64,000 bases of DNA from Lingula anatina (lineage: Eukaryota; Animalia; Brachiopoda), in assembly GCA_051362555.1 (NCBI GenBank), contig CM120640.1, forward strand, positions 70,348,788 to 70,412,787, written 5' to 3'. A program made the position numbers and the translations under genes. The notes beneath the pieces are model-generated. The model worked only from the letters and a program-made list of their open reading frames with translations, did no database searches and was not told the origin of the DNA. Shown in pieces: positions 39,201-52,057 of the stretch. Each line of letters opens with the position of its first letter. Position 1 is the stretch's first letter.

Positions 39201-41947
39201 ATTGCGCAGATTTATAGGAGCATGTTAAGAGGTTTCCTTTGACAGTATAGAATTGGAAGGGGCCTGGCTGGCGTGAGATGACACTAGAAGTGTGCCCCTA
39301 TTGTATGAGGCCCCCATCTTATAGTATCTCTTTTAAGCAACAGGTAGGCACTGAGAAATGGATGTCCATTAGCAGGAAATAGAGAAACATGTTCCTGTCT
39401 TAAAAATGCACACTCAGGCTCTTGTAGTCTAGACTTCAAATTTCTGTGGAATTTAATATGTATAGTAGGTTGTTATGTGAAAGACATTTTAAATGAACAG
39501 TTAAGACAAAATTCAAATACACCCATGTAAATTGGAAATGGCATTTTAAGCTCTATGGTTTCACTTATTAGCACCCTTAGTGGAGAGGTGTTGGTCTTTT
39601 TGACTATGCTGGGGATTAATGTATGTGTATAAAGAATTTGAGCTTTGCATGATGATTTGAGTAAAAAGTGTATTGTTAGGTTTGGGGCAAGAGGGGGATT
39701 AGAAGCCAGCGGCACTATTAAGTTGACTGACTTATAACAGACATGGTGTGGACAATTGAGACTTCTTAATCCAAAAGTAAACTCTTCTTATTATCAAATG
39801 CTCTGACATAGAAGACTTCACTATGAACTATCTGTACACTCAGTTTACACCTTGAGTTGATTGATAATAAAAGTGCATTTATTATTTCAGACTTCAAGTT
39901 TGCGATGTATCCCCCCTCTATGATCGCTGCAGGCAGCGTGGGTGCGGCGGCACATGGGTTGTTGGGGCCAGGGTGGGCAGACCAGGCTGACCTGATGGAA
40001 CAGCTACAGAGAATCACAGGCATTGATGCTGTAAGTAATGGATTCTTGGTATCTTACACAGTTACTGTGATATTGTAAACAGACCTATTGTAATAATAGA
40101 CCCATCCCCCATAAGTAGACTAGCACACTTTGAGGATGTAGACTAAAAGTTATTGTGCTCCTTTGTTTTTAGTTAATTGTGTCAAATAATGTGAAGTGCT
40201 TTGATCCAGTCAGAAAAAATTGGAGCTAATTTGACACTGGTAAAGTGTAGAAGTCATGGTCTAGAGCATTGGGTGATATTTTGGGCCAATTATCAGGCGT
40301 GGGAAAGAATGTGCAACTGCTCTGTATGTTGATGTCGCAACAAGTGAGGGGTGAGTGGAAGAATGAAAGGGGACATTTTGTGATTGATTGGAAGACAATT
40401 TAAAATCTGGGTTGAAAAATTCCGGCACCTTCTTCACGCTGCCCCGAACAAAGACCAGCAATGTGAGTGTAACCTTAACAGTAGTGCTCCACGTCTACAT
40501 TATCCCCTCTCCTGGTTTTATACATTGTACACGATGCCCAGAACACTGGATTATCATGACTTTGGTATGAGTCATCACAGCAAAGGGGCTGTTACCAAAC
40601 ATAACAGCCCCTTTTGAGGATTGGGAGAGCATTTTCTGAGGCAGTATCCATGCGGTGTAACTATGAAAAATGGAGCAGTAGGAAGTTGGTCACTGATACT
40701 TCCGCAGTGTATTAATGCCATGTCTAACTGGATGATTGAAAGTGAGACTGCAGGACCACTCTCCGCTGAAATACCAGCACATGTTAAGTTGGCACACCTG
40801 ACACCTAGGGATGACCACGAGTCAATTTCACTTAAAATATCAGGGAATTTGGTTTTAGAAAGAACAGGCTTGAGGTGAAATGTATTCAGAACCCAAACAG
40901 TTTTTTTATTTGGTTTCAAAAAATTCACTGCATATTTATATTCATGGGTGGCCAGACTTCAATGGAGAACTGTCTATCTCAATTTTGACTGTGATATGGG
41001 TTGGATTTGAGAAGCAAGCTAGCGGCACTTTTGAACTTGATCTGCTGCAATGGCAATACATCCTCTCTGCTTAGAATGTTTGCACAAACTACCAGCTTGC
41101 TGGATAAGCTGTGGTGCTTAAAGAATTGATTATTTCCAAATTAAGACTAGTTGCTTTAAGCATTACCTCTGAAAATATAGAAGTTTGTATCAGAAACCTT
41201 GATAAGCACTGCTCACCTCTACGCCCCTTTACAATACGGTATTGGCAACAAAGTCTCTGTAGAATGGAGCATAAAAAGTGACTAGTTTATACACTATTTG
41301 GTAACATTTTGGCTTTGTGTTACTATGTACCCCCACCCAGTGTAAACACCAGACTATGGAAGAAATGATGTGAAAAGAAAGCTGCAGCTCCTGGGCTCCA
41401 GAACCTGCTAACAGATGGTGAAATTCTTAAGATTTCCCCTCCAAGCTATAGCTTGCCCATGAGGTCTGATTTCCCCTGCTCAAAAATTTCCAGACTTCAA
41501 ATGAAGATGTGTTGGGTTTTTATTTCGAGGTTCTTGCACCAAACACCACCAGTGATGTGAAAGTAAACTTCCAAGTCGTGAGAACAGCCACCTCAAAGTG
41601 TGTTCATCTGTTGAACCCTACTTATCAGGCCACCTAGCAGGAGGCTGGCCGGCTACAAACTGAAACAGTCACTTAAATGTGCAGTCTGGAGAAAGAACTT
41701 TCTTTCCTCTTGCTTAGGGGGGAACATGCAAGCAAGTATGTTTAAGAAGTGGTTTTTAATGTTGTTATCTTTCTTTTCTTTACAGGACTGCCTAAGAGCG
41801 TGCCAAGAACAGATCGAGCAAGCATTGTCAACCAATTTACCACAGCAGGCAGATAGCCCTTCTAAGCGTGAAACCACCAGTAGCCCGACGTCCAAGGAGC
41901 ATCCTACAACTCCTACAGATGTCCGTCACATCGAAGCTTATCATTGA
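33247..41947 (+). CDS. CCND: G1/S-specific cyclin D, complete, 5 exons, 297 aa
   Basis: Exons 33247-33462, 34584-34799, 35725-35884, 39891-40030, 41786-41947 (TGA), all GT-AG and in frame. Rb-binding LxCxE (LLCCE), cyclin box [34 protein letters not shown] and [31 protein letters not shown]-terminal phosphodegron PTTPTDVR. Paralogue number not assignable. Confidence 0.97.
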
Positions 41948-44900
41948 ACTGTAGCAGCAGATTCGCCATCCTGCAGTGAGTCATCTGTCCAAGCTAGACT
42001 AGCTACACAGCAAGCTTAAATATAAAGATCTGACGGTGACGGGCCATCCTGCACGAGACAAGCCACCGACAGTGGGATTGGTTGACCTGTTACCTCAGTC
42101 ATACTACAATGTCTTTCCAATATGGGTCTTATTGTTATTATAATAATAGTAATTATTATTATTATTATTACTGCAACTCGTTGTCTCAGAACTGTACCTT
42201 AGACGGGACTGCTCAATCCAAGCCTTCTTACTGCCTCAGAATCGTTAACTCCAGCAGAACTTGCTGCCTGTATTTGTAGGACTCAAAAACCATGTGATAA
42301 AGACTTCTTGCAAGTGTTAGTGCTACACTGCCGTAGGCTAGGGACACTGGCAGTCTACCAAATGAGACAATGCATTATTGTTATGATTTCATACAGGAGT
42401 CTGGAGGTTCTAGCCCTGTGGAACCCATTTTTTTGAATGTGAGCACACACCTATATGTATTTATGTATGTAACAAGTCTCTTTTTATGTTTCTTTTTTTT
42501 TTCTGGGGGTTTGTCCCCTCCTAAATACCAGCATGATCCGATTGTACAATCATTAATATACTTGGAACATGCTAGTATTGATTAAAATACAGGATTTTGT
42601 TTTTTTATTCCCAAATGTTTGCATCGGATCAGCAGCATGGGAATCTGAATGATAGGCTTCTGGCAGAGTTGCAGTGTTGGACAGGTGCCCATGCTGCTGA
42701 TGTGCTGTGACTTTATATTGCCAAAAATATTGGGCCCTCTTCAGTGTGGACTGGGGTGTGCCACCCCCGGAGATTTCCAAAATGTGATATGGTGCACCGC
42801 CCGGTAGACACTGCAGGGGGCTGCATGTAGATAGAAGCCTGCTTGGGTTACTTTTTATTAAGTTAATGAAAATAATTCAATGGATAGGGAAATAGAAAGT
42901 ATGTGTTAATCTGTGCCATCCTATGCAGTCTTGTGGTGATCTGCAGTTACCAATCAACAAACGGTTAACTATGGATGTAAAGATTGCTCTTGTATCTTTA
43001 GTTGAGTAGTTGATATTGCAAGATTTCTTAGCAATTTGGCACTACTTTGACCAGAGGACATTGTGTCCAGCGTGTTGGTCATGTTATACCCTTGTGTTCA
43101 TCCATCATGTGTCCAGCTAGTACATGGAGAGTGGAGAGAGTTTGTAGACCCAGAGTATGAGTGCTAATTCTGGGTACAATTATTAATTTTTTTTTTTCAA
43201 GGATTATAATTCTTGATATCCTCATTATTGAGGTTATTTGTTAAAATTGACAAAAATGTCTTCCATTGGTGTTACTTGAATTTCATCATTAATCTAGAAG
43301 AGAATTATGTCATCAAATGAAACAACTTTGATATTTTGTTTACAAAAAATGTCTGAATTGTGAACTTGTAGTTCACGTGAATGTGTATCTTCAAATATAC
43401 TTACAATTACATTTCCAGTTATTGAATAACTGATTTTAGGTGAATTTTTCCACAAATGCCTACTTATTATCAGAAATGAGCTTTGGATTGAATTCCTTTA
43501 ACTTCAAACAACTCCAATCTAAATTGAGGCCAATAGTTTACTGACACAAAATATAACCAGAATAAACTTAAGATCAGAATGGAGCTAGGCAGTAAGGCAA
43601 ACTGAAGTTAAACGTCTTTGCTCTTAAACTTGCCATTATGTCAGTTTCTGTTTTAGTAGGCATTTGAAGTAACCATTGTTTATGTTACCCACTTCTTTGC
43701 TTTGTGTGAAGGCTAGATATCTTCATTATTTTTGGGTTTATGTTTCTGCCTGGTGTCTGTGCACAGGACTTTAGTAATTGTGTGCTGTGAAAAAATTTCT
43801 AGTCTGTTTGCTAGCAGGTGAAAGAAAGGTATAGATCCTGCAGGGGGTGGAGGGGGAGGGGGGGACATGTTGTTGCTGGTAAATAACAAAGGTGGTAGAC
43901 ATCATTTGTAGCCAGTGGCTTTCACCTGCTAGCAGCCCTGTAATTCCTTCTGGCGTGTTCTTTCCTTGTGCTGAATAAGATCATCGATGACATTGACAGG
44001 GGAGGGGTGGGGGGACATTTTCTTAATTTGTCCAACAAGAACCACCTGAGGTTTTGTAATGTTAAAATGTCCAAAAAGTCTTCCAGGGAGCAAGATGGGT
44101 GAAGTACTCATTAAAAGTGTTGACAGTGACAGGTTGAGTGAAACAGCACTCCAGTCTTTAGAACTGAGTAAAGCTGGATGTGTGTACAAGATAATGCAAG
44201 AGTTATGGAGTTTACTCGATGTTTAAATTTAGCTGATGTTAAGTCTTTCAGGAAAGATGGATATGCAAACAGATTGTCCATAACTTGTTAGAAGAAAGGG
44301 TTCTGTCTTTGGTGTGCACAAAAAGGTATACCTCAGCTTACTAGCTGTCGTAATGAATGTGGTTTAAGCAAATGTGAGTGAAATTTTCCATTGTTAAAAT
44401 GGAAGGTATGTTATGTAAATAACGGGAAAGAAATGAAATAAAATTTTTGAAGAAATAAAAAGAAATGTTTTTTTTTTCTCTTTAAAACTTGTCCTTATGA
44501 AGAAGTTTTTCTCTTGGTTGGGGTTCTTAGCTGGAATCCAAATTCTAGATTTACACAAAAAACATTGATGTTTATTTTGATGGAGTGAAGTCCATCCTGG
44601 TAACTGTGTGGTCAAGATATTCTGAGGACAGAGAGGGCAAGTTACGGTGATCGGCCACAGGAAGTCACGTTAACTACACGTTGCATGCTTACAGAGGTGT
44701 GGAGAAAGATGACTTTTTCAACCTGCCCTGTAAAAAAAATATATAAAAATTTGGTTGATATTAGCGAGACAACGCTAAAACCATATCAGAATTTTTTTTA
44801 TCAAGTGAATTTTTGGATTTCAAATCAATGTCATTATTTGGGGGAGTTTGTTTAGACCATGTCATGATGTTGGGAAAGAGTGATGTAAAATGGGATGAAA

Positions 44901-44963
44901 TTGTCAAGAGTTGATGCAAATTGTTAGTAAGCTGTAATACCAAGCTCTAAATTGGCAAAGGAT

Positions 44964-44973
44964 AATAAATAAA
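44964..44973 (+). terminator. Likely cyclin D poly(A) signal
   Basis: Overlapping AATAAA hexamers (44964, 44968) followed by a T/GT-rich tract at 45022-45045; strand composition flips from TG-rich to AC-rich just downstream. Confidence 0.55.
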
Positions 44974-45024
44974 TGGTGGATCTTCAAATATTGTGGCATC
45001 AAATACCCCTTTGTTAAAAGCTTT

Positions 45025-45030
45025 TTTATT
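45025..45030 (-). terminator. Candidate distal poly(A) signal of the - strand gene
   Basis: TTTATT on + (AATAAA on -) at the point where the composition skew flips. Confidence 0.4.
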
Positions 45031-47534
45031 TTAGTTTGTTGGGTGAAAACATTCTGCTCCTTCAAAAATATTGAATAAAAACAAACAGAAAATTGTTAAT
45101 TCTAGAAAATATGAACAAATGTACATCTTCAATAAATTTGATGAAGCATTAGAAAAGATGACTGTCATGGAGTGCCCAGGCCTGGAACCAATTTCCCCTC
45201 AGAGGAAGAGGTCTTCGTGTGCTATAATCAATGCATTAAAACATTTTCTGAATGAACTCCTTCATTCCCTCTATGGGAAAAGAGTCACAAGATAATCCCC
45301 ACTTCCTATACATTACTCCTCCGCATGCTAAGAGAGCCATACTCGGGGAAGGCAGCAGCCATGTGGAAAGCCAGCCACACATTCCTTCAGTTAATTGACC
45401 ATAAGAGAAATATTAATAAAATTCAATATCCACTTGAGGAGCAGTGATGTGTGATTCCCTTAAACCAATGAGTTCTAACAGACATCAACAAAAATAGACT
45501 AAATATTTCTTTCAGAAATGGTCCAAGATGAGAAATATTTGTTTTTTGTCCAGGTAAATAGGATAAATAAATACCATGCCCTTGTATTTCTAATTTTAAC
45601 TACTTAGAAAAAGGCAAAATAATTGCCTAGATTCACATGATGCAAAAATGACCGATATGACTTTATAGAGAACATTTGATCTTTGCATCCTTCATGACTT
45701 ATAAAATAGGTGTGAATCGAAGAATAAATTAGGGTGAATATTTTCAGAAGTCATTCCAAAACATAACCAAAGGACAAATGTACCACAAGACCATCAAACT
45801 ATGAAAACAAGTATAGTTGAGATTCATCAAATTTATCTCCCAGTTATTCTCACATAAATTTATGTCGGAGGCATCATTTGAATTCATCTTGTTAAAAGAT
45901 TCATCATATTAATGCCAATGAATATCTTGTCCTCTTGGACAACAGTCAAAACAACTCTGGCGTCCGAAAAGCAGTTCAATTTAAAATCCTTGTTATGAGA
46001 AGTTTTTAAAATTTGGCACCATTATGTGATGAAGCAAGAAAAATATCAATATTAAGATTTTTTAAAAATAATTTTTTCTGCAAATATTTTTGATTAAAAA
46101 AAATTCATTTTCAACAAAGATGCGGATTAACCAAGAACCAAGACACCTGCTTATGATCACCAAGTCAACTATCACAATAAATTTATCTTCTTGATGAACA
46201 GTAAAAACGATGACCATATGATAAACTTGTAAAGTACTTAGGGTGAGCCTTTCAGAAGATGGACTGTGCTGCACCCATCCCAGACATGCCATTTCAAGGA
46301 TGCAGAGACTACAGTACTTTATGCGTCTTTTTCAGGACTGGATTTTACTTATTTCCTTATTTATTTCATGCACACGATTATACTTTATTATTTATCTAGC
46401 ATGTAAGTAATACTTCCGAAGCATGTCCCAGAAATATTTTTTATATCATTGCATTGCATATTATCAATGGCACATGCCATATCATAAGCTACAAAAATAA
46501 ATTTGTACTTTATTTGCTATCGTCTATAAACTTGATCAACATACATTTCACCAATAAAAATACAGAAGTCAAAATTTGGGATCATTCTGTTATTAGGAAC
46601 AGTTAAGCTTGGCAGAAATGTGAACAGTAACACATAATTAGGTTAGATACTGCAGCTTGCGCAAGTTACTTGTAGATTTCCCAACAGTCATTGTGTCATC
46701 GTGCTCCCAGAGGGAGGCAACCTCGCAATTCCATATAATCAGGAAATTGCTTAAGTGTAGGTGTCTATTATAGTCCCCACCTGACCACAAGAATGAACAG
46801 AATGCAGTCAAACTGCACACACACTGGTACAAAATGAAAGTAGGAAAGATGCGGCAGTCACACGACTCAAGTCATTATAGACTGCTAACTGATAACAATA
46901 CAGCTTGTACCCAAACTAATGTGGCAATCATTGTGCAAAACTTGTTTTATACACTAGTTCTGTGACAGACTTCAAAAATAGTTTGAAAACACCCTTTTTT
47001 TCTATACATCTCTTTATTATTATCATTTTTATTTTTTACAAAGATGCAAAACGGAAGGAAAAATCACCAAGATCAAACCCTGTAATAGTAGCAAGAGATG
47101 GTTTCATGCATTTCCATTAATTGTTCAATGGATAAATGTGCACCACAGAAAAGTGACACTGTGGGAAAGAATAAAGAAACAACTTACAAAATTCCTTTAG
47201 AGGTTAAAAAGTCAAAGTAATCAACATTGTGGTAATAAAAATTCTACGGCACTTTTGTTGTCATGCAACCTATATGCTACAAGATTTGAGGGAAGATGAG
47301 GGGTAGTAGCACGGCAATATCTGTGACCCCAGGGCTGGTGCAGCATGGGAAATACCCCATAATTATGTTAAAAAACACATAAATGACAGAGAGTCAATGA
47401 GTTATACTTTATTTTTTGGAAAATTCCTTCTTGCTTAGTCATGTTAAAGGATGGAGGTACCACTCACTTTTATTTTGTTCATTGACTCCCACAAGCAGAC
47501 AATGCCCAAACAAATGTCATTTATAAAGATGATC

Positions 47535-47536
<2 letters not shown>

Positions 47537-47567
<31 letters not shown>
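47537..47567. repeat. Poly(A) tract (poly-U in the presumed - strand 3' UTR)
   Basis: About 31 consecutive A. Confidence 0.9.
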
Positions 47568-47571
<4 letters not shown>

Positions 47572-48653
47572 CACACACACTACATCGTTCCGATTGCAGA
47601 AAGTCTCTACATACCTGTTCTTCTCCCACACCAAGTTTTTTTTCAAAAAGATCCGTTCTAGAAATAATTCTATCGCCATTCATGAAGAGGACATAGTTAT
47701 CCTTCACATAAAATTTGATCATATATGAGTTGCCATTTATCATTTATCATCCTTTATCAATGCTTCATTAATCTGAATTGTTCTTTAGCAAAAATATGAG
47801 CAAATATGAAGATATTTTCTGAAAGATAAATCATTGTGGAATGAAATAAAAAAAAAAAAGGAATAATGTAATTTAATTCATATCATAAATTAAATTTCTC
47901 ACTTATAGCTGGTCTGATTTCTTTCAGAGGGCTCTTTACTGAGAAATAAAAATGAACATAAACTCATATGCTTCACCTGAACTTCCATCAAATTAAGATA
48001 TAATGATATATACCATAATGTGCAGACTTCTAAACATTGTACAATAAATACTATCATTACATCCAAAGGACTACCTGTAGCATGTGGAATACATCATCAC
48101 CATACTTTGAAAAAAGATTAATTAACCAATCATCACAAATGATGGTCTTTATCAGGCAGAGGATGTAATTGACTGCTGCAGAGAAACCTTTTCAAGTGGC
48201 AATAATGTGAAAATTCAAGTCAAATAATTTGGTGCAATAATGATACCTTGGAACAAAAGAGCACAGTAAAAAGGCTACTTAGTTAGGATCACTCCCAGTT
48301 GATGTGCTAATGAAGACCTGAAACACTCTCCTCCTCCCTATTCACAACGTCAAAAAGGGTTGATTACTGAAAAACTTTTCCCCAAAATTATATATAATTC
48401 TAAACTGGCCAGTTATGGTGAGAGTGACTGCCACTTTGCACTAATTCCAGTATTTAGTATCTTGGCTAAAAGTACTTGAAACTGAGACAGTTAAATCACA
48501 ACTTGTAATCCTACATTGATCCAACATTAAGTTGGGAAAGTCTTAAAGATTCAAGCAGGTTGACATTGTAACAACTGCCCAGTCAGAGATTGCCTGCAGT
48601 TCCAACATTACACGACTTGGAAGGTTGTGCAATATTCATTAAAGCCCAACCCA

Positions 48654-48654
<1 letters not shown>

Positions 48655-48707
<53 letters not shown>
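48655..48707. repeat. Poly(A) tract (poly-U in the presumed - strand 3' UTR)
   Basis: About 53 consecutive A. Confidence 0.9.
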
Positions 48708-48709
<2 letters not shown>

Positions 48710-49088
48710 CAACAGTAAAAGGTTTCTCTGTACAAATTTATTTATTTCTTTTTTTTTTTTTTTAAGAAACCTGGCAATAAAGATTAAAAGCAGCAACTCA
48801 GAGTTCACCTTGTCAAAAATTATTTGAAAATGTACTTTTACAATGGGAGGTCTATTAGCCTTGGACTTAAGCCTGTTAAAAAAATCGCAATAAAAACAAA
48901 TTTTTACTCGGATTCTCAAATGAAGAGATAAGTTGTCACACCAAGTTTGTGTGCTTGCATGCTCAACTATGAGGCAAATGTTTGAAGAAGTGTTAAAATA
49001 TGCTGCTCTTCTCTTCCCTTTACAAGATAGCTCTCTGTGTGTGATACATCTGGCTCTCAATTATGATTTCATGAACTTTCATAAAAGT

Positions 49089-49156
49089 TTATGTCTTCCT
49101 TCTCCTGCCTTGCCTCCTTCTGGGCCTTGTATAATGAGAGCTGGAGGACGACATAC
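49089..49156 (-). CDS. Candidate alternative terminal exon of an unidentified gene (basic tail)
   Basis: Acceptor TGTTTGTTACGCAG|; phase-1 reading xMSSSSSHYTRPRRRQGRRRKT*; phase 0 is also open (VCRPPALIIQGPEGG...LL*). Confidence 0.45.
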
Positions 49157-50871
49157 CTGCGTAACAAACACAGGTAAATGACATAAAAGGTGTGCGAATT
49201 GCCCTAGTTCACTGCTCTCTCTCACCTCAGGCACTTATTACCTAATCTACAGACTTCATTCTGATACAGGCATAAATCATAGCAATAAAAGACTGGGAGA
49301 GAAACATTGCTGAAATGGGTTGGTTTATTTGTTTTTTATTTTGATGGAACTTCCGGGTGACCTTACAGAAGTTTCTCACGACAGGTTTATTTCAGGGCTT
49401 GTATCAATGTACAACATTACATGTTCTGATTTATTGTATTATGATAGAAAAAATGTAACACAATAAACAGTATAAACAAACAAAAACTGAACCGAATTTA
49501 CCTCTGGACTTTTTCAATCTACAGCTTTATCAATTGTATAAATCATAAAGAAAAAAGAAAAAAAACTGCGTAACTGTTTCAAAGGAGCATTTCACTAATA
49601 AAAATGACCTGTTTTAACAAAGATGTTCATTTTAATTTTCTCAAGGATCTTTCATCAGGTCCCAAATTCTTCTCAGTAAATGATACACGGACAGGGCAAG
49701 TTTTTAAAATTAAATTTGGGCATTCCTTGCACCCAGTGTCTGAGAGGGGTCAGCAGAACAGGGTAATGGAATAAAAAATGTGACCCTGATCAAATGGGGT
49801 GTGGCCAGAGAGGTCAGCCAGGGGTTAGCCAGAGGTCAGCCAGGGGTCGGGGATGTATGGAAAAGATTTGGAAATTTGGAAGTTATGTACATGCGTCTCT
49901 TTACATGAATGAAAATATTCAGTTGGCAATTTGGGGAGGGGGGGGGGCAATTTGAGGAAAGAGGGGGAGAAGGGTGCATGCCTGTGCTCATGACAATTAA
50001 GCATGTTGCACCCTTTTCAAATAATCGAATATCCAAGCCATAAAAAACTGCACTTTAACACAAAGAGGAAATGAAAGGAATGCATGTAGCCACTCCATCC
50101 ACTCAAAGAAAATGAAGACAAACGTGATCCATTTCAACCTTGGTCCAACTTTCTTAGAATTGGAAAGAATTACACAATGGAAAAATAACTTCTCTGGTTA
50201 ATTTATGTCCAATTATTTCTGTAATCATTTGAGTGAAAACAAATAAATATAAATGTGTAGAAATTTTATTGGTTTTTATGAGAAATACTGTGGTTTATTG
50301 AACACTTATATTTCCACTTAAACTATATACATCTAATACATGTAAGTTTTGAAAATTACAGTATTGATCAATAAATATGCACTAGTGCCAGTCTCAATTA
50401 TGTTATGTAAGAATAAATATTTACAAAATCATTTAGAAAGAAATATCAGATGGTCTGAAAACTGTTACAAAAATAATAAATAATGTGCCTTAGTAATGAC
50501 GCTTCTACATCCGTTAAGATGTACAGATACATGAAGGTAAATGTTTCAGTTTGACTTGCTATGAGGTGTTCACATTTTGATTAAGAGATGAATGAAATCT
50601 ATAGCTACTAAGACCTTCAGATGAAATAGAAGGTCCAGATCAAGCTCATAATAAAACAAACTTCAACTCTGTGTGTGTGTTTGTGTGTGTGCGTGTATGC
50701 ATGGGTGCTTGAGTGGGCATGCATGCGCACGTGTGCAGCCCACCTGACTGTTTTTCAGAGATTATATCTACAACCCGTACACAATAAAAAATCTCGCTGC
50801 ACTTTAATGACCTTGCTGACTTCAGAGGGGGAAATCCCTACAGATGTTGAAGAGACATGGAGGGAACACAC

Positions 50872-50927
50872 TCATGGCCATCTACAGTGGTCATAGTAAA
50901 TCCTTTCCTCAGGATATCTGCAGCAAC
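50872..50927 (-). CDS. Candidate alternative terminal exon of an unidentified gene
   Basis: Branch-like CTAACTAAC then TTATTTATAGTGACAG|; phase-1 reading xCCRYPEERIYYDHCRWP*; phase 0 gives VAADILRKGFTMTTVDGHECVPSMSLQHL*; AATAAA signals on - near 50270-50298. Confidence 0.35.
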
Positions 50928-51742
50928 CTGTCACTATAAATAAGTTAGTTAGCCCAGTCTCAAAAGCAACAACTGTGCTACTTAGCCCAATTCTTTTGCA
51001 TTGTTTGAGTGCCAATCCAGGGTTTTAGCACTGCAACCTGAACATAAATAAACATATGTTGCTATGCAATGTTACGTAAATGTCTAAACATTTCCTCAAT
51101 TTTTGCACTTTTGCTCTGGCAATATGACGCAGGCCCACAAAGCACAGACGAGGACAAAGTTTTTCGGTCCAAGCAGTGGCAAGCAATAAGAAAGGGTTAA
51201 AGTAGTTGTTAAACCCTAAATTCCCACAGTAACAAAAAACCAGCCTAGTGAATGAAATGAGGTGGACAAAGTGAGGAAACCAGACTAAGCATTCACATCA
51301 ACTATCAATGAAAATAAATTTCCTCTTTGCTCTTGTGAAGATAGCCCAGACCACCGGGACACCGTACCAAAGGGCAAGGGGGTCGGAGACGGGATGGGTG
51401 GGTTAATCCCCCAAATATTTTAATTGCTTCACCAATATGACAAAACTATTATTTCTTAGAACCATATATCTGTATAATCACCCAGGATGATGTAGAAGTT
51501 CCTCAGATAGCCAGATCTAAGCAGACCCCATAAGTTATCAAACTGAGTGACCACTGTCCACCCCTCTCCCCAAAACTGGTCTCTCGGCAGGAATGCTGCT
51601 CTAGGTTGACAGGTTATGGTCCAACTTGGGTATTTTAGAAGTCTGAAGGAATAACAGCTGGAATCCAGGAAATGTGACAATTATTAAGACCATTTCAATA
51701 GTGCTTGGGTCAGTGGATGTTGTATAACAGTGTCTCCCGTAC

Positions 51743-51807
51743 TCAAGAGAGGGCACTGACTGCGGCCACTGGGGCGGCCACCTTCGTCACTGTCAACACT
51801 GATATGC
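51743..51807 (-). CDS. Candidate alternative terminal exon of an unidentified gene
   Basis: Acceptor TTTTGCATTCTTTTTCAAG|; GC-rich patch; phase-1 reading xISVLTVTKVAAPVAAVSALS*. Confidence 0.5.
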
Positions 51808-52057
51808 CTTGAAAAAGAATGCAAAACAATTTTGCTGGTGATTTTCATGCAGATTGCAACCAAGGGTCAATTTTCTCTCAGACTGAGAACAGATTAAGTC
51901 AGGTTCAGCTTACAACTTTGATCTCCAAGGCAGACAAATTTCTTTGTACTTAAAGCGTCCAGCCACCAATAACCATTAGTCCTATTGTGTTTCAATAAAT
52001 ACTCTTCAATTAAAGTAACAACAGCGTTGTATTGTTCCCATAGGTTATGTTTCAGTT

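Noticed and set aside
47537-48763. Long poly(A) tracts as retrocopy or LINE tails
   Set aside because: No upstream retroelement or coding remnant and no target-site duplication seen; simpler as U-rich tracts in the - strand 3' UTR.
51110-51420. Transposon-like termini (AAAGGGTTAA; GC-rich patch at about 51350-51415)
   Set aside because: No matching opposite terminus found, so an element could not be delimited.
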